Below are positions 58,119 to 64,000 of a DNA stretch of 64,000 nucleotides, piece by piece (position 1 is the stretch's first letter; every line of letters starts with the position of its first letter). The translations under genes were made by a program, and so were the position numbers. The notes under the pieces were generated by a model. The model had not been told where the DNA came from. It was given only the letters and a program-made list of their open reading frames with translations, and did no database searches. The DNA is from an uncultured Collinsella sp. GTDB taxonomy: Bacteria > Actinomycetota > Coriobacteriia > Coriobacteriales > Coriobacteriaceae. The stretch lies in assembly GCA_902493375.1 (NCBI GenBank), contig CABUPH010000011.1, forward strand, positions 6,759 to 70,758, written 5' to 3'.

Positions 58119-58619
58119 CTATCTGCCATCTACGCGCTTGGCCATCCAGGCGTGGGGCTGGCCTTCGTCTTCGTAATCTACCGGGGCAATTTGCGTGTAG
58201 CCCGCCTTTACATAGAGCGGCAGCACGTATTCCTGCGCATGCAGCTTAATAAGCTTGGCGCCGGCATCACGCGCGGCGGCATCACTGGCCTCGACAATCT
58301 TGCTCGCCAAACCGCGACGGCGCATGCTCGGCAGCACAGCCACGCGCCCCATAATGTAGGTCTCCCCCGCCGCAACGCCTTCGTCCATGTCGCATGCCGG
58401 CAACACCGGGGCCTCTGCGTCAGCCACGCGCTCAAGCTCTTCGGGAAACACGCGCGAGCAACCGGCAAGCTCGCCGTCTACATAGAGCGTCACATGAATG
58501 CAGTTCGGATCCTCGTCGATAGCGTCGAACTCATTCTCGTAGCCCTGCTCGTCCATAAAAACGACGCGGCGCACCAACGCCGCGTCATCAAAGCATCCCG
58601 TCTTAAGTTGAATATCCAT
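58119..58619 (-). CDS. GNAT family N-acetyltransferase
   Basis: The acetyl-CoA motif is RVAVLPSMRRRGLASKIVEA. I prefer the start MDIQLK at 58619, which has GAAGGGG upstream. Confidence 0.8.
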   Translation of the reverse strand: MDIQLKTGCFDDAALVRRVVFMDEQGYENEFDAIDEDPNCIHVTLYVDGELAGCSRVFPEELERVADAEAPVLPACDMDEGVAAGETYIMGRVAVLPSMRRRGLASKIVEASDAAARDAGAKLIKLHAQEYVLPLYVKAGYTQIAPVDYEDEGQPHAWMAKRVDGR

Positions 58620-58658
58620 GGCTGCCCCTTCATTCAATGCGAACGTTAGGGACAGATT

Positions 58659-59309
58659 TTAGCGAAAATGAGCTCCGCGTACGCTAAACTTCGCGCGAGC
58701 CTTCGCCAGGCAGTCGTAATGACCCACGTTATGGGCATCGCTCGCGATGAAGCTGTACAGGTTCTGATCGAACAGGCGCTGTGCCGGCTTTTTCTCGCGA
58801 CCAAAGCGACCGCCGGCAATAAAGTCCGCCGAAGCCTGCAGCTTGCAGCCCATATCGACCAGGCGCTCCGCCACGCTTACATCCTTTTGAACCGCACGAT
58901 AGCGCTCAGGATGAGCGATGATCACCTGGTAGCCACGGCACTGCAAATCGTAAATCGTGTTCTCGTACTCTCTAAACGCATACGCATCGGCATGTGTCGA
59001 AAGCTCGAGCAGAAACTCGTTGGTTCCATCGAAATGCAAGTGCTCCGCGGCATCGATACCAAGTTCAACGAGCTTTCGATGGTTGACCTCGAAGCCCATC
59101 TGGAGCGGAAAACCGTCAGCGTTATCACGCAGCAGCTCAAAGGCATCCCACATCTTGTCGTAATCAAAATAGGGATCACGGCAGTGAGGAGTGCAAACGA
59201 TTCTGGTTACACCGGCCCGCTTGGCAGCCTCGAGCATCGCCAAGCTCTCATCGAGATCGGCGGCGCCGTCGTCTACACCCGGCAAGATATGGCAATGAAT
59301 GTCACGCAT
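58659..59309 (-). CDS. CpsB/YwqE-type PHP-family protein-tyrosine phosphatase
   Basis: The N-terminus is MRDIHCHILPGVDDGA. The motifs TPH, HPERY and SDAH are present. Confidence 0.85.
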   Translation of the reverse strand: MRDIHCHILPGVDDGAADLDESLAMLEAAKRAGVTRIVCTPHCRDPYFDYDKMWDAFELLRDNADGFPLQMGFEVNHRKLVELGIDAAEHLHFDGTNEFLLELSTHADAYAFREYENTIYDLQCRGYQVIIAHPERYRAVQKDVSVAERLVDMGCKLQASADFIAGGRFGREKKPAQRLFDQNLYSFIASDAHNVGHYDCLAKARAKFSVRGAHFR

Positions 59310-59326
59310 AGGTCAGCCTTAATCAA

Positions 59327-60064
59327 CTAAACGTTTGCTCGGTTGGTGAAGATGCCCTTTTTGGAAGTCCCCTGATCGTCGGAGCCCTTCTTAACCTTCT
59401 TACCGTCCTTGGTGTAGTAGGAGTAGTAGTACTCGCTGGTCTCGGTCTCGCAGTAGTTCATGACGGTACCGATGAGCTTGACCTTCTCGGACTTCTTAAG
59501 CTGGCCGATAGCGTTGAGTGCCTCCTCGCGCTTGGTGAAGTCCTCGCGCACCACGAACAGCGTACCGTCGGTCAGGCTGGCAATCTCGGCAGCATCGATG
59601 AAGGTGCCGACCGGGGGAGCATCAAAGATGACGTACTGGAACTTGGCGGACAGTGCCTTTACCAACTTGGCAAAGCGGTGAGAGACGATGATGTCGGCAG
59701 GATTGGGAATATGCGGCTCGGCATCGAGGAAGTAGAAGTTCTTCTGACCCGTCTCGACAATTGCCTGGTCAATGGAGATCTGCTCGGAAAGGACCGCATA
59801 GAGTCCGCCGCGCGAACGAACGCCGAGCATATCGGAAAGGGACCTGCGGCGCATATCGGCCTCGACCAGGAGCACGGACTTGCCGCTCGTGGCGATAGCC
59901 TGGGCAAGGTTGATGGAAACCGTAGACTTGCCCTCGTTGGGAATCGAGGACGTGACGGTAATGGTGCGAATGGGGTCGTCCACGCTCGCAAAGCGGATGT
60001 TGGCCAGAAGGGTCTTGGCGGCATTCTGTACAACGAGCTTATCGGTGTTCTTTGCCTTAGCCAT
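59327..60064 (-). CDS. CpsD/CapB-type bacterial tyrosine kinase (BY-kinase catalytic subunit)
   Basis: It has Walker A SSIPNEGKST, Walker A' VLLVEADMRRR, Walker B VIFDAPP and a C-terminal Tyr cluster SEYYYSYYTKD. Confidence 0.9.
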   Translation of the reverse strand: MAKAKNTDKLVVQNAAKTLLANIRFASVDDPIRTITVTSSIPNEGKSTVSINLAQAIATSGKSVLLVEADMRRRSLSDMLGVRSRGGLYAVLSEQISIDQAIVETGQKNFYFLDAEPHIPNPADIIVSHRFAKLVKALSAKFQYVIFDAPPVGTFIDAAEIASLTDGTLFVVREDFTKREEALNAIGQLKKSEKVKLIGTVMNYCETETSEYYYSYYTKDGKKVKKGSDDQGTSKKGIFTNRANV

Positions 60065-60066
60065 GC

Positions 60067-60723
60067 CTATTTACCACCTTTCATAGCCGGAATTCGGCCA
60101 ACAACGGGAATGCCCAGGAGCTCTTCTGCCTCTTCGGCACCGCGGATGCGGGTATTGAGCATGTCTGCCAAAACGACATAGGCAACTGCGATAAAGATAC
60201 CGGCGAGGAACGCGACAGCAACGTACAGCATACGCTTGGGACCGCTGGGGGCTTCGGGGGTCTTAGCCTCGTCGATAACGTTGATGCTCTGGGCAGCGCC
60301 GACGTTCTGAGCGACCGTACTCACCGAGCTGGCCATGGCCTTTGCGACCTTAGCCGTCTCCTTGGCATCGGTGCCGGTAACCGAAAGCGTAATGACACGC
60401 GTGGTGGTCTCGGAGGAAACAGACACCTTGTAGTCATCCAGATCGGTGAGGCCCAGTTCATTGGCTGCGCCGCTCTTAACGCTATCGCTATCCAGCAGCG
60501 TGGCGATATCGTTGGAAAGCATCTGACTCGCCGAGAGATCGTTGTAGCTCATCTGACCGCTATCGTCGGTCTTGGCGAGAATGTACATGCTCGTCGTCGC
60601 GGTATAGGTGTTGTCCATCGCAACGAAGGACACGATGCCCATGGCGATCGCGCAGACCACCGGAAGGGTGATGACCAGCTGAAGGTGCTTCTTCAGCAGC
60701 TGGAACAGTTCGAGAAGGGTCAT
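60067..60723 (-). CDS. Wzz/CpsC-type chain-length determinant / tyrosine kinase transmembrane modulator
   Basis: 218 aa with N- and C-terminal TM helices flanking an extracytoplasmic loop. It lies immediately upstream of the BY-kinase gene with a 2-nt gap. Confidence 0.8.
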   Translation of the reverse strand: MTLLELFQLLKKHLQLVITLPVVCAIAMGIVSFVAMDNTYTATTSMYILAKTDDSGQMSYNDLSASQMLSNDIATLLDSDSVKSGAANELGLTDLDDYKVSVSSETTTRVITLSVTGTDAKETAKVAKAMASSVSTVAQNVGAAQSINVIDEAKTPEAPSGPKRMLYVAVAFLAGIFIAVAYVVLADMLNTRIRGAEEAEELLGIPVVGRIPAMKGGK

Positions 60724-60918
60724 GCAGCTTGCCTTTCATTTCCCCAGTTCGGATTGACAAAACTGTCCGTATGTTATCGCATCTTTTTACCGAGACCAAA
60801 CTCTATACATAAGAAACAGGCTCTCCTGTAAAAATGTCGGAAGCAATCGTAAAATTGCACAACAACGCCGCACCCGAAAGTCAAATGCGGCGTCTGCATC
60901 AATATCTATGTTATATCG

Positions 60919-62343
60919 CTATGCGAATGGCTCGTCCTGCTGTATGGGAAACGTCACCGTAATGGTGGTTCCCACGCCCAACTCGCTCGACAGATCGAGC
61001 GTGGCGTGATGATACAGGGCCGCATGCTTGACAATGGCAAGCCCCAGACCGGTTCCGCCGCGTGCCTTGGACCTACTCTTGTCCACGCGATAGAACCGCT
61101 CAAATACCTTGCCCTGTTCTTCAGGCGCGATACCGATTCCCGTGTCGGCGACCGCAAGGAACGGATGGCCTTCGTCGTTGGTGCCGCACTGCAGCGTAAC
61201 CGTACCGCCGGGTCGATTGTAGCGGATGGCGTTGCTTGCCAGATTATAGATGAGCTCGTCAATCAAGCGCGACACGCCCTCGATGACCACAGGCTTGGTC
61301 TCATGACTTATCGTCACATTCGCCTGACGGGCGACCTGTTCAAGACGCTGCTCGACCGCGTAGATGGCACGCGAGAGCTCAATAGGCTCCGTGGACCCAA
61401 TGGGCACCGCCTCGCCCTCAGCCGCACGCTCGGCCTCGTCCAAGTTAGACAGCGTAAGGATATCGTTGACAAGCGCTGCCAAGCGGCCCGCCTCACGATA
61501 GATGCGACCGCCAAAGTTGCGCAGGTCGCCCTCGCCCTCGACCATGCCGTTTGCGATGAGCTCGGCATAGCCCGAAATCGCCGTAAGCGGCGTCTTGAGC
61601 TCATGGGTGATATTCGCCGTGAACTCGCGGCGCATACGGTCGTTGTCCGCCAGCACCGCCATTTGGCGCTTGAGCTCCTGGCGCTGCGACTCAATACGCT
61701 CAAGCATGGGGACCATCTCGGCATAGGCGTGCTCATAGCTACGGCGTGGGTGGTCCAAATCCACCTCTTGCAAAGGCGCGATGATGGCACGGGACTCGCG
61801 GCGCGCCATAAAAAACGAGAGTACCGCACCCGCTGCTGCGATAAGCAGCATCGGCGCCACCATCGACAGCAAAATCGCCGCAACGCCAGGCTGGGCCTGC
61901 GCCAAGCGGACAACCTGGCCGTTATCAAGGGCGACGGCGCGATACAGCATAATCTCGTCGAGCGTAGAGCTTGCGCGCTCCGCGGAACCCGAACCACTCT
62001 CAAAGGCCTCGATGACCTCGGGGCGATCGCCATGGTTGGGCAGTGTGGAAGGCGACGCCTCGTTGTCGTAGGCAACCGATCCATCCTTGTTAATCAGCGT
62101 GATGCGCAAGTCCTCTCGATCGAGGCTACGCAAGAACGGGATGGGCTCCTGCTGCTCGTCGAGGGCGGCAGCAATGAGCTCGGTTTCTTGCGCCAGGTTG
62201 GCACTCGTGGCATCCGCCAAGGTGTTTTGCACAAAGAACGCACCCAGCACCGTAAACGCCACGATAACCGCCATGGCGCAGACAAAGATCGTCACAAAAA
62301 CGCGGTGCGACAGCGTATGTTTTCCCTGGGGGGCGAAGACCAC
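60919..62343 (-). CDS. Sensor histidine kinase (PhoR-like by context)
   Basis: It has the H-box FTANITHELKTPLTAISGY, the N, G1 and G2 boxes (DTGIGI, GGTGLGLAIV) and two N-terminal TM helices. The GTG start at 62343 has GGAGGAG upstream. Confidence 0.9.
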   Translation of the reverse strand: MVFAPQGKHTLSHRVFVTIFVCAMAVIVAFTVLGAFFVQNTLADATSANLAQETELIAAALDEQQEPIPFLRSLDREDLRITLINKDGSVAYDNEASPSTLPNHGDRPEVIEAFESGSGSAERASSTLDEIMLYRAVALDNGQVVRLAQAQPGVAAILLSMVAPMLLIAAAGAVLSFFMARRESRAIIAPLQEVDLDHPRRSYEHAYAEMVPMLERIESQRQELKRQMAVLADNDRMRREFTANITHELKTPLTAISGYAELIANGMVEGEGDLRNFGGRIYREAGRLAALVNDILTLSNLDEAERAAEGEAVPIGSTEPIELSRAIYAVEQRLEQVARQANVTISHETKPVVIEGVSRLIDELIYNLASNAIRYNRPGGTVTLQCGTNDEGHPFLAVADTGIGIAPEEQGKVFERFYRVDKSRSKARGGTGLGLAIVKHAALYHHATLDLSSELGVGTTITVTFPIQQDEPFA

Positions 62344-62346
62344 GGG

Positions 62347-63075
62347 TTACTCCTCCGATGCGGTGGCCGCGGTGTCGTCACCTTCGGCACCATCACCGGC
62401 AGAAGGCTCGGCCAAGCGGTAGCCCACGCCGCGCACGGTCTCGATGGCGCTGGCATGCTCGCCCAGTTTTTGGCGAAGCGTCTGCACGTGCACGTCAACG
62501 GTGCGCGAACCGCCGTCGAAGTCCCAGCCCCACACGCTCTGCAGCAACGACTCGCGGGTAAAGACCACGCCGGGCTTGCGCATGAGGTACTCGAGCAGGT
62601 CGAACTCGCGCAGGGTGAGCTTAAGCGACTCGCCGGCAACAGTCACCTCACGATGGCTGGGCGAAAGCACGATGTCGCCCACGCTGAGCACATCGCTTGC
62701 CTGTTTGACCATGCCGCCGCGACGCAGCAGTGCGCGGCAGCGGCTGGCGAGCTCCATGAGCGAAAACGGCTTAGTCAGGTAATCGTCGGCACCGCCATCG
62801 AGCGCCATCACCTTGTCGAGCTCGGTATCCTTGGCGGTAAGCATCATGATGGGCACCGTCGCCGTCAGGCGATCGGCACGCAGTCGACGCATAATCGCCA
62901 AGCCATCGGTATCGGGCAGCATGATGTCGAGCAGGACGGCATCGGGTACCCGTCGCGCCACGGCAGCCTTAAACTCACCGTCGCACGAAAAGCCTTCGGC
63001 CTCAATCCCCTGCTTGCGCAGCGCATAGACCGTCAAATCCCTGATGTTGTCATCGTCCTCGACGTAATAGATCAT
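62347..63075 (-). CDS. OmpR/PhoB family response regulator (PhoP/PhoB-like by context)
   Basis: The receiver has VEDDDNI, LLDIMLPDTDG and LTAK, followed by a winged helix (LREFDLLEYLMRKPGVVFTRESLL..TVRGVGY) and an acidic C-terminal tail. I prefer the start MIYYVEDD at 63075. Confidence 0.9.
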   Translation of the reverse strand: MIYYVEDDDNIRDLTVYALRKQGIEAEGFSCDGEFKAAVARRVPDAVLLDIMLPDTDGLAIMRRLRADRLTATVPIMMLTAKDTELDKVMALDGGADDYLTKPFSLMELASRCRALLRRGGMVKQASDVLSVGDIVLSPSHREVTVAGESLKLTLREFDLLEYLMRKPGVVFTRESLLQSVWGWDFDGGSRTVDVHVQTLRQKLGEHASAIETVRGVGYRLAEPSAGDGAEGDDTAATASEE

Positions 63076-63139
63076 GTTGAACCCCTTTGCGGCCGGCATG
63101 ACCGCATCTTAACCCTAAAGGTACCTTTACTAGATGGTA

Positions 63140-63997
63140 TCAGCCAAAACGCCCCGTCAAATAATCCGCCGTGCGCGGATCGGTCGGATTCTTGAAGAGT
63201 TGCGCGGTGGGCGCGTGCTCCACCAGCTCACCCAGCAAAAAGAATGCGACCGAATCGGAGATACGCGCCGCCTGCTGCATATTGTGCGTAACGACCACGA
63301 GCGTGCAGGTCTCTTTGAGCTCGCAGGCCAGCTGCTCCACCACCAGCGTCGACACAGGATCAAGTGCCGAGGTCGGCTCGTCCATCAGCAGAATGTCGGG
63401 CTGCACGGCAAGTGCGCGGGCGATGCACAGACGCTGCTGCTGGCCGCCCGAAAGACCCAGACCCGACTCTTTGAGCTTGTCCTTGGCCTCGTCCCACAGG
63501 GCGGCGCGTCGCAGGGAGTCTTCGACCAGCTCGTCGAGCACGACGCGATCGCGCACTCCCATTCCGCGAGGACCGTAGGCGACGTTGTCGTAGATGCTCA
63601 TGGGAAACGGGTTGGGGCGCTGGAACACCATGCCCACGCGCTGGCGAAGGCGGCAGATGTCGTAGTCGCCCAGGATATCTTGACCATCGAGCGCAATCTT
63701 GCCCTCGATTCGGCAGTCCTTGATGCCGTCGTTCATGCGGTTAAAGCAGCGCAGCAACGTGGACTTTCCGCAGCCCGAAGGCCCGATGAACGAGGTAATC
63801 TGCTTGTCGCGGATCTTGATATTCACGTCCTTGAGCGCATGGTGGTCGCCATAGAACAGGTCGAGGCCCTCAACATCGATTCGCGTCGGCGAGGCGGCAA
63901 GATCCTCTGCCGTGGGGCGAGTCGCATCCCCAACTTCGCGCTCGTGCGCGGCCTCGGCCTGCGCTTTCATGAGTTCTTCAAGCTCCGTGGGCTCCAC
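63140..63997 (-). CDS. pstB: Phosphate ABC transporter ATP-binding protein PstB
   Basis: It has [35 protein letters not shown] and the characteristic C-terminus YLTGRFG. The start is close to the window edge and uncertain. Confidence 0.9.
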   Translation of the reverse strand: MEPTELEELMKAQAEAAHEREVGDATRPTAEDLAASPTRIDVEGLDLFYGDHHALKDVNIKIRDKQITSFIGPSGCGKSTLLRCFNRMNDGIKDCRIEGKIALDGQDILGDYDICRLRQRVGMVFQRPNPFPMSIYDNVAYGPRGMGVRDRVVLDELVEDSLRRAALWDEAKDKLKESGLGLSGGQQQRLCIARALAVQPDILLMDEPTSALDPVSTLVVEQLACELKETCTLVVVTHNMQQAARISDSVAFFLLGELVEHAPTAQLFKNPTDPRTADYLTGRFG

Positions 63998-64000
63998 AGC

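Overview
This is a 64-kb chromosomal segment from a high-GC Gram-positive bacterium. Gene content suggests an Actinomycetota of the gut Coriobacteriia type (Collinsella-like), but that is inference only. I call 48 protein-coding genes, 41 of them on the minus strand.

Gene order from left to right:
- a partial Cof-type HAD hydrolase and an MFS transporter
- molybdenum cofactor genes: moaA and a moaC-mobB fusion
- an orphan DUF559-like nuclease-fold gene
- a heterodimeric ABC exporter pair, divergent from a MATE pump followed by a MerR/GyrI-like regulator
- ligA, htrA, a GlnR-like atypical response regulator and glnA
- an RHH-nucleotidyltransferase fusion, then LacI and GntR regulators
- an FMN/Fe-S/FAD enoate-reductase-type oxidoreductase
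- feoA-feoA-feoB plus a small Cys-rich gene
- an HPr-like protein
- an EbgA/EbgC-like beta-galactosidase pair with an APC permease and a divergent LacI regulator
- aspS and serB
- a partial lar (nickel-pincer cofactor / lactate racemase) cluster: larB, a short larC, tetR, a MIP channel and larA
- ppc, hisS, an MFS fragment, an M20 amidohydrolase and an EamA transporter
- two tandem YhgE/Pip membrane proteins
- htpG and a GNAT acetyltransferase
- a CpsC-CpsD-CpsB tyrosine-kinase module
- a PhoR/PhoB-like two-component pair and pstB

I recognised no rRNA, tRNA, CRISPR array, cas gene, transposase, integrase or phage gene. I found no clear novel multi-gene protein system.

The most unusual signals are at the nucleotide level:
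- A 125-127 nt nested palindrome in two full copies. Its internal loops are strictly conserved while its stems covary.
- A tandem array of 61-62 nt hairpin units with compensatory stem changes.
- A 65-bp palindromic element whose direct copies bracket a single gene.
- A 31-nt hairpin repeat, one copy of which lies inside a coding region.
- One terminator hairpin reused behind three unrelated operons.

Protein-level oddities:
- HPr carries Asp at the regulatory Ser46 position.
- LarC lacks its C-terminal domain, and no larE is present in the window.
- The MIP channel has NQA in place of its second NPA box.
- An RHH-MNT fusion has no HEPN partner.

All family assignments come from reading motifs by eye. 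No searches were run.
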